Origin: Planctomycetota bacterium
Lineage (GTDB): Bacteria; Planctomycetota; PLA2; JAEUHO01
Assembly (NCBI GenBank): GCA_965222115.1
Contig: CBDCTJ010000001.1
Span: forward strand, 512,001 to 576,000
Direction: 5' to 3'
DNA: 64,000 bases
The position numbers and the translations under genes are program-made. Each line of letters starts with the position of its first letter. Position 1 is the stretch's first letter. The notes under the pieces are model-generated. The model was given only the letters and a program-made list of their open reading frames with translations, was not told where the DNA came from and made no database searches. Positions 19,508 to 29,259 of the stretch are shown here, one piece after another.

Positions 19508-19575
19508 TCGGACGAACGACATCACGCCTTTGTGCCGTGGTTTCCCGAAGTTTTCGAAATATCGCCGTGAGCGAA

Positions 19576-20904
19576 CTAAAAGTCAACCACCACTGACACC
19601 CCAATGATGTCCACTGAGTTCTCCGTATGGCCGACGAGGCGACCTGCGGCAGGCGTGGTGCGATCGACGTCGCCGTCGTCGATGAAGAGATGGGCGTAGC
19701 TGGCGTTAATCTGAATATTGCGGGTGAGTTGATAGCCCACGCCGGCTGCGACCCAAAGGCGATCGTTACCGGGAATGCGAGGCGTGCGAGTTTCGTCGGG
19801 AATCGGCGACTCATCGTAGGCTACGCCAAAACGAAACGTCCAGCAGCGATTGGGCTGGTAAATCAACCCCGCGGAGTAGCGCATGGTGTCGTCCCAGTCG
19901 AGCGCAAGGGAGCTCACGGGCTCCGTGGGGTTCTCGAATTCGATATCGGCCGAGTCGAAACTACTCCAGCCGGTCCACGTAACGTCAGCCAAGAACGACC
20001 ACTTACGGTTGAGCTTGCGGAAGTAGCTCAGGGAAAGCGTGTCGGGCATCGTGATGTCTACGCTGGCATCGGTATCCACGAAACGCGCTCCGCCGATCGC
20101 ATTGGCGATTGCGTCCATGCCTGAAAAATCGGCTTCACCCTCAAGTTCATGCTCGATCTTTGAGCGGTAATGCAAACCGATGCGCGTGCAGCAATCCGGG
20201 TGAACCATGAGACCCACGTTCCACCCAAAGGACCAGTCGTCACCGGTCACGTCAACAAAGCCGTCGTTTTGTTGGGGTGTGAAACCAAGAGCGCCCCCCA
20301 GTTGTGTGGCGTCAATCAGTCCCCCGTCGATGGCGTTTTCAAGTGTGGCCTCCGCGTACTGCACATTGAAGCCAGCCCCGAAGGACCAGTGGCGATTGAG
20401 CTTCACCGCGAAGGCGGGGTTGATATTGATTGTGGTGAGTTCAGAGTTCGTCGCGTGATAACGGCCGATCCAATCCTCGCCCCAGTCACTGCGAAGTCCG
20501 AAAGGGGCGTTCACGCTGATTCCCAGACGAAATCGATCCCCCATCGGCACGACACCAAAGAGACTGGCTACAGGTACGGTCACGCCACCATCGCCGCCGT
20601 CGCCACCCAACAGCGGCGTACCAAGACTACTGATGGACCCCTCATCCTTGAACTTCCCTGAAGGAAAGATGACATGGCCCGAGCCAACCCATTGCCGTCG
20701 TTTCAGCACGGTCATACCCGCGGGGTTCCACCACACCGTACTGGCGTCTTGCGCGGCAGCCGCTTGACCGGCTTGCGCATTGCCAAGACCCGATCCCGTT
20801 TCGACAATGGCAACACCACTGGCAAAGGCCGTGGACCCATAGAGCAGCGCGAGCACAAACGCGAATAGCGATAGCGCTACGCCACCGCGAGTCGAGTGGT
20901 TCAT
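19576..20904 (-). CDS. fadL: FadL/Toluene_X outer-membrane long-chain fatty-acid transporter
   Basis: 'GLGNAQAG.AA.A.DASTVWWNPAGM', 'APFGL', 'TININP', 'RTPRIP..DR.W', C-terminal Phe. Confidence 0.92.
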   Translation of the reverse strand: MNHSTRGGVALSLFAFVLALLYGSTAFASGVAIVETGSGLGNAQAGQAAAAQDASTVWWNPAGMTVLKRRQWVGSGHVIFPSGKFKDEGSISSLGTPLLGGDGGDGGVTVPVASLFGVVPMGDRFRLGISVNAPFGLRSDWGEDWIGRYHATNSELTTININPAFAVKLNRHWSFGAGFNVQYAEATLENAIDGGLIDATQLGGALGFTPQQNDGFVDVTGDDWSFGWNVGLMVHPDCCTRIGLHYRSKIEHELEGEADFSGMDAIANAIGGARFVDTDASVDITMPDTLSLSYFRKLNRKWSFLADVTWTGWSSFDSADIEFENPTEPVSSLALDWDDTMRYSAGLIYQPNRCWTFRFGVAYDESPIPDETRTPRIPGNDRLWVAAGVGYQLTRNIQINASYAHLFIDDGDVDRTTPAAGRLVGHTENSVDIIGVSVVVDF

Positions 20905-21031
20905 GATTGCCCCTCCCAGGCAGAAAAATGAACGCGCCAAGTGCATCTCCCACCATGCACTCGGGCGTTCGCGGCAATCGCACGTAGGATCCACGACGCG
21001 ACCGCCACTCGTAGGAATCGGAGACTTTCGA

Positions 21032-21976
21032 CTGTTTACTCAAGCCGGACCGCCCCGACGCGCGCTTCAACTTGCAATTCTGGCCGGAATCGCACTTCCC
21101 GTACTCGTGTTGTTAGCGCCGATCCCCAAGAGTTCACGCTTCGTCGGCGCATTCACGAACGCCGGTCATCTGGTACTCGGGGCGCTGGTGACGTGGGCGT
21201 TCTACACGTTGTTTCGGCGGCGTCGCGTACGCCGACTTCCGGCGGCAATCGGGGCGTGGCTGCTTGGCTTTCTATTGCTTGGCGTCATGGAAGCGATTCA
21301 GGGGCTCGTCGGCCGCGGGCCGTCGTGGCATGACGTTGCGGCGAACGGACTGGGTTGCGCATTGACGCTCGTTTGGTTGCTGGGCATGAGGGGCAATGGC
21401 GCGCGCGCCAAAATGTGGACCGGATGCATGGCCGGCATGATTTTGCTCGCGGGACTTGCGCGGCCGATTCTTCACGGGATCGATGCATTGCGACAACAAC
21501 ATTCGTTTCCCCTGTTGGCATCCTTTGAGGATCCGCTTGAACTTTCGCGCTGGCGAACGACAGAGAATTGCGTCATTGCCCGCGATACACGGCATGTCAC
21601 GCGCGGCGCAAACGCCTTGCGCGTCGATCTCAGACCGGGTCCGTGGCCCGGAATCACATTCGCGTCACCGCCAAGAGACTTTCGGCGTGAGACATACAAT
21701 GCGCTTGTCTTTGACATTTTCGTGGACGGCAGCAAACCGCTATCATTGACCCTCAAAGCTGCCGACCTTGCGCACAACGAGTCTTACGAAGACGCGTTTC
21801 ACCGCACGAGCACACTCAATCCGGGAGCAAACACAGTTCGCATCACACTCGAAGACATGCGACGTGGCCCGAAGGCTCGCACGTTGAATCTAACGCGAAT
21901 GATGTCGATCCAGATGTTCGTCGAGTCACTCAATGAGCCACGCACGTTCTTTATGGATCATGTGCGGTTGGAGTAG
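21032..21976 (+). CDS. VanZ-like membrane protein with C-terminal carbohydrate-binding-like domain
   Basis: 'NAGHL', 'EAIQGLVGRGPSWHDVAANGLG'; C-terminal 'FP.LASFE..LE..RW...FFMDHVRLE'; start uncertain (CTG 21032 with GGAG, or ATG 20903). Confidence 0.75.
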   Translation: MFTQAGPPRRALQLAILAGIALPVLVLLAPIPKSSRFVGAFTNAGHLVLGALVTWAFYTLFRRRRVRRLPAAIGAWLLGFLLLGVMEAIQGLVGRGPSWHDVAANGLGCALTLVWLLGMRGNGARAKMWTGCMAGMILLAGLARPILHGIDALRQQHSFPLLASFEDPLELSRWRTTENCVIARDTRHVTRGANALRVDLRPGPWPGITFASPPRDFRRETYNALVFDIFVDGSKPLSLTLKAADLAHNESYEDAFHRTSTLNPGANTVRITLEDMRRGPKARTLNLTRMMSIQMFVESLNEPRTFFMDHVRLE

Positions 21977-22065
21977 GCGCGGCCCAATGACTCTATGCAC
22001 GCGCAACCGCTGATCCTTCGGAGCCCCAAATGGCTGCGCCTCACTGGTGCAAAAAATTGAAGTCT

Positions 22066-22101
22066 TGATGCCTATAAGGTGATGCTATGATGTGTAGATG
22101 C
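22066..22101 (+). promoter_or_regulatory. vapBC promoter: extended -10, probably leaderless, with TGATGC operator repeats
   Basis: TGc-TATGAT (22083-22091) 6 nt before ATG 22098; TGATGC-like repeats at 22066, 22080, 22088, 22096. Confidence 0.55.
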
Positions 22102-22364
22102 GGACAACCCTTACCCTCGACGACGCGCTGTACCTCGATCTCAAGCGGGCTGCAGAGGCCTCTGATGCAAGCTTCAAAGACACCGTCAACAAGGCTCTGC
22201 GAGCTGGCTTGGCAGCAATGGGCAATCCACCGAAGCGGAAGAAGCGCTTCCGATCCCCCACGTTTGATCTAGGTCCCCCACTTGTAAACCTCGACAAAGC
22301 GCTCTCGCTGGCCGGGAAACTCGAGAACGAGGAAGTTATTCGAAAAATGCGCACAAGAAAGTGA
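22098..22364 (+). CDS. vapB: VapB-type ribbon-helix-helix antitoxin
   Basis: 'MRTTLTLDD...LK..A......FK..VN.ALRAGL' RHH; 'NLDKAL.LA..LE.EE'. Confidence 0.88.
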   Translation: MRTTLTLDDALYLDLKRAAEASDASFKDTVNKALRAGLAAMGNPPKRKKRFRSPTFDLGPPLVNLDKALSLAGKLENEEVIRKMRTRK

Positions 22365-22486
22365 CGCGGAAAGAGATGCGTTTCATCAAGCGCCGCAATG
22401 ACAGTCAGCGCTGCGACTCCTGCCAACGCAACTACTTCAATCAACCATAGATGCGCTTGCCCATGTCGAGCGTCGAGGTGTAGCCC

Positions 22487-22915
22487 TTGATCATTGTAGA
22501 TGTCAACATACTTCTCTACGCAGTGAATACGCGCGCGAACAAGCACAAGGCGGCGGTGCAATGGTGGGAGGATTCACTCGCTCAGATCACGCCCGTCGGA
22601 GTTCCTTGGATGGTCGTGGTTGGCTTTCTTCGACTGGTCACACACCCCAGCATCATGACCCGTCCTCTCTCCGTAACCGACGCAATCGCAACGATGTCCT
22701 CGTGGCTTGAGCAGCCCCCTGTCCGCACGGTTGTGCCAACGGAAAGGCATTGGCCTATCCTGAGTCACTTGCTGACGGATCTTGGTACGGGAGGAAACAT
22801 CACAAACGACGCACATCTAGCTGCGATGGCGATCGAACACGGCGCAACAGTTTGCTCATGTGATAGTGATTTTATTCGGTTTAAAGGAGTGCGCTGGATC
22901 GACCCGCTCGCATAA
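22487..22915 (+). CDS. vapC: VapC PIN-domain toxin
   Basis: 'IVDVNILLYA', 'FLRLVTHP', 'GN...DAHLAA.AIEHG', 'D.DF.RF.G.RW.DPL'; SD GAGGTG 6 nt before TTG. Confidence 0.92.
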   Translation: MIIVDVNILLYAVNTRANKHKAAVQWWEDSLAQITPVGVPWMVVVGFLRLVTHPSIMTRPLSVTDAIATMSSWLEQPPVRTVVPTERHWPILSHLLTDLGTGGNITNDAHLAAMAIEHGATVCSCDSDFIRFKGVRWIDPLA

Positions 22916-22927
22916 CCCGCGCGTTCC

Positions 22928-23527
22928 TCAGAATAACCACCGCAAGGACCCATACACAGCGCCACCCATTAATGCGTAGCCAACGATGTTATCGAAGAGG
23001 GACGTCCAGAAGTAGCGGCGAGGAAAGCCCATCCAGATGACTTGGGCGCCGAAACCCGCGAAGGTAATGAAGGCACCAAGCGCCGCAGAAAAGATCACCG
23101 TGTCAAGACAACCACTGACACCAAACATGCCTGCCGCAAGCACAATGAGCAATGCCAACACCACGCCTTCCAAGACGTTGTTAAGAAAACCATAGAGAAA
23201 CGTCTTGCCATTCATGCACCCGCCGTCGGGTACGCCGAGCAGCATCGCATTGGGACCGCTCTTCATGCGGGCTTGATAGTCGGGATCCCCCATGCCTTTC
23301 GCGTAGTTCTTGTAGTGGGGCAAGACATAGAACGTGCGTCGTAGCTTGTTCTCACGCAATGCCGCCTCGAGAGGCGCCGGATCGGAAACGGCGTCGAAAT
23401 CGCCGTGGTGGTGCGGCATCGCCATCCATGCGATGGCATTCCAAATGAATCGCACGAGGCCAGCAAGGGCGCCAACAATGAGAACCTCTTTCCAGGGAAT
23501 CACAATCGCTGCAAGTGCTACAGACAT
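22928..23527 (-). CDS. Hypothetical membrane protein (about 4 TM)
   Basis: Clean ORF with hydrophobic segments, 'PHH..DF', SD GAGGTG upstream. Confidence 0.7.
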   Translation of the reverse strand: MSVALAAIVIPWKEVLIVGALAGLVRFIWNAIAWMAMPHHHGDFDAVSDPAPLEAALRENKLRRTFYVLPHYKNYAKGMGDPDYQARMKSGPNAMLLGVPDGGCMNGKTFLYGFLNNVLEGVVLALLIVLAAGMFGVSGCLDTVIFSAALGAFITFAGFGAQVIWMGFPRRYFWTSLFDNIVGYALMGGAVYGSLRWLF

Positions 23528-23563
23528 GCCACCTCTTTCGTTGAAGTCTCGTTTTGGTTTCGG

Positions 23564-24032
23564 TTACTGCGGCCTCGACTCGCCGTAACGTTTCATGTCG
23601 CTGGCGGGCAAAGGCACGGAAACATCCATTGACTGCATGGCGGACGTCTCATTTCGCACCGTAAACTTCACTTCGAGTCCACGGACGTGTGACGAACCCT
23701 CACCGCATTCAGCGAAAACGTAATAGCGACCGGGCACCATCGTCAATGTCGTTTTTTGACCGGTGAAGGGGCGTCGTGCCCACGTGGGCTCGCGCCCCTG
23801 ACTCCGCTCCGCAAGTCGCTCCTGCATCCGAACGAACCGAAAGCGGTAGTCATCCAGGGTTTCCGGCATCGCCACCGTGCGGCCATCGCCCACGTCCGAC
23901 ACAAGGCGAAATCGAACCGCAACCGACCCATACGCTCCCAATCCGTAGCCAATGGGCGCCACCAATCGAACCGTATGCACCCAATACGAGCGAGGCGACG
24001 AGCGAAAGGCACCCTAAACGAATCGAATTCAT
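23564..24032 (-). pseudogene. Frameshifted hypothetical exported/membrane protein
   Basis: ATG 24032 overlaps the upstream stop (ATGA) and encodes a hydrophobic leader; the body continues in another frame after a 1-nt shift near 23966. Confidence 0.5.
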
Positions 24033-24541
24033 AAATCGTGTGACTCTCGCCGCATACGCGCGAGTCGGCGCGCCACGGCAATTTGAGCGGCGTGCCACAC
24101 ATCATGACGCGTGACCATGTGAAGAAACGACGCGACCGTCATGTCACGCGGCAACGCGATCTCAAGATCATCATCCGAAACCTCGGCAATGGCGGCTCGG
24201 AGGTCTTCATGGGCTTCGCGTAGCGCCGTTTGTGTCGCATCAAAGTCAGGCATCGCCTTCCACGGGCGCGGTTCGGGCATGGATGACGTGTGACGCGCAC
24301 GCACAACGTCGGCATAGTGCCGCTTGCAATGGGTCAGATGCGCAACATGCCAAGACACGCTGCCGGGAAGTGGCCAGCCCTCTTCCCGCTCAACATCGTG
24401 GTAGCAGGCATGTTGCCACGTCGCTTCTTCGGTCGTAACGCCCTTAAGTGAGGATTGCACGGACTCCCATGCGTGATCCCATGCGTCATCGAAACCATGC
24501 ACGATGGCCCCGACCGGCGATGATGTGTCATGTGTGGGCAT
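24029..24541 (-). CDS. DinB/YfiT family protein
   Basis: 'L.GVT.EEA.W', 'WHVAHL', 'RHDVWHAAQIA' His triad. Confidence 0.85.
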   Translation of the reverse strand: MPTHDTSSPVGAIVHGFDDAWDHAWESVQSSLKGVTTEEATWQHACYHDVEREEGWPLPGSVSWHVAHLTHCKRHYADVVRARHTSSMPEPRPWKAMPDFDATQTALREAHEDLRAAIAEVSDDDLEIALPRDMTVASFLHMVTRHDVWHAAQIAVARRLARMRRESHDL

Positions 24542-24677
24542 GGCGCGAAGGCCTCCGGTACGTGCGAGCGATCCGCAGGCGAGCCATCGTACGCGCGGAC
24601 CGCCGTTCGTCTTTGCTTGGTCACGCGTTGAGAGATTTCCGATTCGCCACGAGTGGTCCGCACGTAGTCTTTTGGGC

Positions 24678-25523
24678 GTGAAATCCACTTCGGCCACCAA
24701 GAAACGGCGTCTACTGCTTTGGGGCGCGCTCGGCATTGCCCTCGCTGCAGCCGTCACGCTGCTTGTCATGGCCAAGGGCAAAGAAGAAGACAGTGCCAAG
24801 CACTACTACGTTCGTATCCTCAATGAACGAGGACAGCCGGTGCCAACCGCGCGGTGCAGCGTACACAAAGACACGAAAACATGGGAGTGGGACCGCAAGA
24901 GCAGCGTGCTGTTGCTGCCAACGGGGCAAAAGCACTCGGTCATCGTGCATGCGCGCGGGTATCGCATTCGCAGGGTCGCGGGCATCGATCGTGACGGGAG
25001 CATTGAACTCGAACGCGGCATTCCCGTGGCATTCGACATCGAGGGCAATGCGGAGCTTCCCGCAGGGGAACGCGTGGTGCTGCTGCAGATACGTCCCGTG
25101 TTTCAAAGAGATCCCAACGAGAACCCCGCAGTACGCGCCGCGTTTGATGACCTCGTAAAGTTGCTCGACGTGCGCTCACCCGATCTCGGAAAACACCTTG
25201 AACTTCCGCGAGAGGGCTGGGGCTATCCGGTCACAATCGACGCGGCCAAGAAGGGCGTTTTGTTTCCAGATCCCGGCGAGTACACGGTTCACTGGGGTCT
25301 CTTGGATAAGAGCGCCGGCACGTGGTTTACGCTCGACGACGAAGCACAGGTTTCCTTCGAAGTTGCCGAGACTGTCGATCCGCAGAGAGTCATCCTCACG
25401 ATTGATAAAGAAGCCATGCAGGCAACACGTCGCGGCCTGCGACGACGGATCGAAGAAATCGAGCAACGCGAAGCCGACGATGCACAACGACGGGCCGATG
25501 GCGCCCTGCCCAGTGCCGAATAG
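24678..25523 (+). CDS. Hypothetical membrane-anchored protein (carboxypeptidase-regulatory-like beta domain)
   Basis: N-terminal TM, 'VRILNERGQPVPTA', 'VHARGY'; GTG start at 24678. Confidence 0.65.
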   Translation: MKSTSATKKRRLLLWGALGIALAAAVTLLVMAKGKEEDSAKHYYVRILNERGQPVPTARCSVHKDTKTWEWDRKSSVLLLPTGQKHSVIVHARGYRIRRVAGIDRDGSIELERGIPVAFDIEGNAELPAGERVVLLQIRPVFQRDPNENPAVRAAFDDLVKLLDVRSPDLGKHLELPREGWGYPVTIDAAKKGVLFPDPGEYTVHWGLLDKSAGTWFTLDDEAQVSFEVAETVDPQRVILTIDKEAMQATRRGLRRRIEEIEQREADDAQRRADGALPSAE

Positions 25524-25625
25524 CTCCAGCGCACCAGCATCGATTCACAAGCGGGATCCCGACCTACACGTTGCATGACTCGCGGGTGCGATCCGCGCCC
25601 CCTCGGGCCGCGATACGATAAACGT

Positions 25626-26315
25626 ATGAACTCCAACCATCGCATGTGGCTGTTCGGTATGGCCATTGCCGTCTTGATGAGTACCGGGTGCAGCCAATCC
25701 GTCGAACACGGATCAAGTACCGCGCTGCCAACCGCCCATCCAGAACCTGCGGACACTCCTACGGTGCTGCATGCAGTCCCAAGCTCAAACCGAAACCAAG
25801 CGAAGGAGACGCCCGTGTCGAACAAGGAGTTGCCCAAGAGTGAAGCGGCGTGGCGTGAGCGACTCTCGCCCGAGGCGTATCGTGTACTTCGGCAAAAAGG
25901 CACGGAGCGACCGTTTACGGGCAAGTACCTCAAGACGAAGACCGCGGGCACCTATTGTTGCGCGGGGTGCGGCACGCCCATCTTTCGTTCCGATGCGAAG
26001 TTTGACAGCGGCTGTGGATGGCCAAGCTTCTTTGAGCCGCTGGATGGCGCAAAGTTGACGGAAGTACGCGACACGTCGCATGGCATGGTGCGCACTGAAA
26101 TCGTTTGCAAGACCTGCAAGGGTCACTTGGGACACGTGTTTAATGACGGCCCGAAGCCAACGGGCTTGCGCTATTGCATCAACTCGGTATGCCTATCGCT
26201 CTATCCAGACGCGGAACCCTCGAAGACGACCGTCACGAGCAAAGAGGACGACACATCAACGCCGCCGAGCGCCGCCACGCGCACGCCAAACAGCGATCCA
26301 AACACGTCGCGCTAA
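25626..26315 (+). CDS. msrB: Peptide-methionine (R)-S-oxide reductase with lipoprotein-like signal
   Basis: 'GTERPFTG', CxxC pairs, 'SGCGWPSF', '[19 protein letters not shown]'; N-terminal 'LMSTGC'. Confidence 0.95.
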   Translation: MNSNHRMWLFGMAIAVLMSTGCSQSVEHGSSTALPTAHPEPADTPTVLHAVPSSNRNQAKETPVSNKELPKSEAAWRERLSPEAYRVLRQKGTERPFTGKYLKTKTAGTYCCAGCGTPIFRSDAKFDSGCGWPSFFEPLDGAKLTEVRDTSHGMVRTEIVCKTCKGHLGHVFNDGPKPTGLRYCINSVCLSLYPDAEPSKTTVTSKEDDTSTPPSAATRTPNSDPNTSR

Positions 26316-26360
26316 ACACGCATAACGCCAGGGGACGACGTGTGGGCAAGGAGGACCCGT

Positions 26361-27020
26361 ATGAATCCAAGAAGCCGTTCGCATTCGATCGACAGGATCC
26401 TACTCCCCATCACTGTGTGTCTCTTGTGCACGTTGCTTGTCTCAAGTGCGGTGTGCTCCGCCAAGGAGGCGCCCGCCAACGCTTTGGTCAACGTACCGTT
26501 GGATGCCATTCAAATAGACGACGGTGATTCGATCCACATTCGCTGGAAGGACGGCGTCGAAACGGTACGATTACTGAGTATTGATGCACCGGAAGTTCAA
26601 CACCTTGAACACAACATTCCACGCGATCAGCCCTACGGTCGCCAAGCGCGCGCCTTTCTGAAGGGCTGCCTCGCCATGTCCGATCGCGCCGAACTGTTGC
26701 GCGCAAAACGCAAAGACCCCTACGGTCGCACGCTGGGCTATTTGTTGCTCAATGGCAAGAACTATAGCGAACTCGTCTTGCGCGCATCGCTGGCCATTGA
26801 CACGTCATCGCGCTACCCGAGTGAAGGTTTCATCCAACACGAAACGGCGTGCAAGCGCGCCGGCCTCGCCGCCGAGCCCGTTCCATTCGAAGATCCAAGC
26901 CGATTTCGTCGTCGCATGCGCAAACTCAGCGACGCCATGAAAGCCGCGGGGACCTATCCCAAGATCGAAAGAGACCGGAAGAACGATTCGGGCAACGCAA
27001 GTCGCCCGAAGTCGAAGTAG
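26361..27020 (+). CDS. Thermonuclease (SNase) family protein, secreted
   Basis: 'DGDSI', 'VRLLSIDAPE', 'DPYGRTLGY'; signal peptide; SD AAGGAGG. Confidence 0.9.
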   Translation: MNPRSRSHSIDRILLPITVCLLCTLLVSSAVCSAKEAPANALVNVPLDAIQIDDGDSIHIRWKDGVETVRLLSIDAPEVQHLEHNIPRDQPYGRQARAFLKGCLAMSDRAELLRAKRKDPYGRTLGYLLLNGKNYSELVLRASLAIDTSSRYPSEGFIQHETACKRAGLAAEPVPFEDPSRFRRRMRKLSDAMKAAGTYPKIERDRKNDSGNASRPKSK

Positions 27021-27063
27021 CACGCGTTGAGATAGAAAAAAGCGCCGCGACGGGGTTCCGCGT

Positions 27064-29085
27064 TCAGAATCCCAAATGGATGGTGACTTCGCTGCCGGGC
27101 GAAACGGCAGTTCCAGCCGGCGGCTCCTGCTTGATTACGCGCGTCTTGAACTTACCCACCTGAATGCGAATACCCTTTTCCTTCACACGCAATCCTGCGG
27201 CTTGTAACAAGTCTTTGGCACGGGATGCCGACTTGCCGCCCACGTTTGGCACCGCGACTTGCGCGGGTTGAATGCCGCCTGTGGTACCCATTGACACGCG
27301 GTAGGCGACGCGAACGGTGGCACCGCGGTGGACGATGGAACCCTTGGGTCGGTCTTGCGCCGTCACAACTGCCTGGACGCCACGCCCAAGGGGCGGGCCA
27401 GTAAGCGCCGCACGCAGCCCGCGCGCCTGCAACAACGCCCGCGCATCGCGCAGCGTGCGCCCCACCAGTTCAGGTACGCGTACGCGTGCCCCTGGGGGAT
27501 TCGGATCAATCGTGCCCCGTCCCTTGCGTACGAGACGGAACGCCACCGTGCTTCCCTTAGCAACGATGGTGCCCGCTTGCGGCGATTGTTCCACTACCAT
27601 ACGCCGTCCTCGACGATCCACGTCGCGGGTATCGCCAAACGACATGTTGAGGCCTTGTTCTTCACAGAACGCACGGGCTACGCGGAAGGGCTTGTTGACG
27701 AAGTCTTGCATCTGCACACGCGCTGGAATGACGAGCGTCAGTGCGCGGCCCGCTCGCATTCGTCTGCCTGCTGCCGGATGCTGCTCCACCACACGATCCA
27801 ACGGTCGATCCGGGTGTTCGCGCTGCACGAGTCGCGGCATGAGCCCCGCACGCAATGCACGAGCTCTCGCGACAGCGATCGACTGGTCTTCACACGACGG
27901 CGCGCGCACGGCGAGGTGAGAGTGGCCATGATGTGATGTCTTACGCGCCAACCCCAGGATCACAAGCCCGCCAGGGCGCAGGGGCGTACCGGGCTCGGGG
28001 AATTGTGCGAGTGCTGTCCCGGGCTCTAGCGGCGACGGCATCCACCGCGGCATCACACGCGCACCAAAGAGGCGGAGCAACGACATGGCGTTGTCTCGGC
28101 TTAGACCTCGCACATCCGGCACTGCCACCGCACGACTGCGCAATCGATCCCTCGGACGGCAGATGGTTACAGTGACAGCACTGGTTGGTGAGACCTTGGT
28201 CCCTGCGGCAACCGATTGCGCCACGACGCAATACGGATCGACCTCGGCAATGCGATCGTTCCAACGCGGCGAAATGCCACACGACCAAAGCAGTTGTTGT
28301 GCTTTGTCAAATTCAAGGCCCGTGAGGTCGGGCATGCGAACGGTGCCCACCGGCGCAGCGTGCTTGCCCGCAACTTGCAACGCGATCGTTGCGCCAGGCA
28401 GTACCTCGGCACCCGAACGCGGATTTTGTGCCGTTACCGTTCCCGGTCGCACGTTGGCATTGAGATCAACGTGTTGGACATCGACGACCAACCCGTAGGC
28501 TTCGGCGATATCGCGCGCCGCTCGAACGCGTCGTCCAATCAATCGGGGCACGATGGTTGGTGGTTGGCACACTTCCAACCGGATATCCCCACGATAGGGA
28601 TGTTTCTTTCCTGCACGGGGCCGTTGACGAAGCACCGTGCCCGCCGCATCGCGGGGACCCGTTGTCTGTACGACTTGCACGACATACACATCGCGAAGTG
28701 CTTCGACGGCTTCGGATTCCTCCATGCCCCGCACATCGGGAACAACCGTTTGCACGAAGGGGCGAATGGCTACTTGAATCGCAACGGTGGCGCCCACATC
28801 AACGTGTGTCCCGGGCTGAGGATCTTGTGCCATGACGGTGTTCGGACGTGCACCAATCCGCGTGGAGATGTCAACAGTGAGCCCCATCTGCTCAAGCAAC
28901 GTGATGGCCTCGCGCCGCGTACGACCAACCACGGACGGCATCTCCATGGTTGATATCACGCCCCCGTGACGCGGTGACCCGCCGCGAGGATTGGCCCATG
29001 CAACGCTGTTCTCGATCAACAACAAGGCAGCGATGCCGATACAGAGGCTTAGGCCAACGTGACCAGGACGAAGAAAACGCAACAT
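27064..29085 (-). CDS. Secreted protein made of about 9 PASTA domains
   Basis: Nine '(V/M)P.(V/L).G.....A...L...G....V..Q.P..G' repeats after a signal peptide; no catalytic domain. Confidence 0.88.
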   Translation of the reverse strand: MLRFLRPGHVGLSLCIGIAALLLIENSVAWANPRGGSPRHGGVISTMEMPSVVGRTRREAITLLEQMGLTVDISTRIGARPNTVMAQDPQPGTHVDVGATVAIQVAIRPFVQTVVPDVRGMEESEAVEALRDVYVVQVVQTTGPRDAAGTVLRQRPRAGKKHPYRGDIRLEVCQPPTIVPRLIGRRVRAARDIAEAYGLVVDVQHVDLNANVRPGTVTAQNPRSGAEVLPGATIALQVAGKHAAPVGTVRMPDLTGLEFDKAQQLLWSCGISPRWNDRIAEVDPYCVVAQSVAAGTKVSPTSAVTVTICRPRDRLRSRAVAVPDVRGLSRDNAMSLLRLFGARVMPRWMPSPLEPGTALAQFPEPGTPLRPGGLVILGLARKTSHHGHSHLAVRAPSCEDQSIAVARARALRAGLMPRLVQREHPDRPLDRVVEQHPAAGRRMRAGRALTLVIPARVQMQDFVNKPFRVARAFCEEQGLNMSFGDTRDVDRRGRRMVVEQSPQAGTIVAKGSTVAFRLVRKGRGTIDPNPPGARVRVPELVGRTLRDARALLQARGLRAALTGPPLGRGVQAVVTAQDRPKGSIVHRGATVRVAYRVSMGTTGGIQPAQVAVPNVGGKSASRAKDLLQAAGLRVKEKGIRIQVGKFKTRVIKQEPPAGTAVSPGSEVTIHLGF

Positions 29086-29259
29086 AGTAGTGCTCCGTGC
29101 GGGCGAGGGGTATCGCGCTGAAATCGAGGCGCTCAGCCAGCGTAGCGTCTTATCATCGTGTCGAGTAGCCACGCGCACGCGCTGGTCGAATTCTCGCGCT
29201 GGTCAAACGGGCGCCCGTTCGATTCGGACGATGATGGACCGCGTCGCCTGGAGGTTGCA

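Noticed and set aside
19083-19607. 174-aa plus-strand ORF with CAQCPQERT repeats
   Set aside because: Probably the antisense shadow of the minus-strand leader ORF, which has the promoter, signal-like N-terminus and operon orientation.
22448-22483. Two in-frame TAG codons upstream of vapC as pyrrolysine read-through
   Set aside because: The PIN domain is complete from 22487 and has its own SD; no pyl genes are seen.
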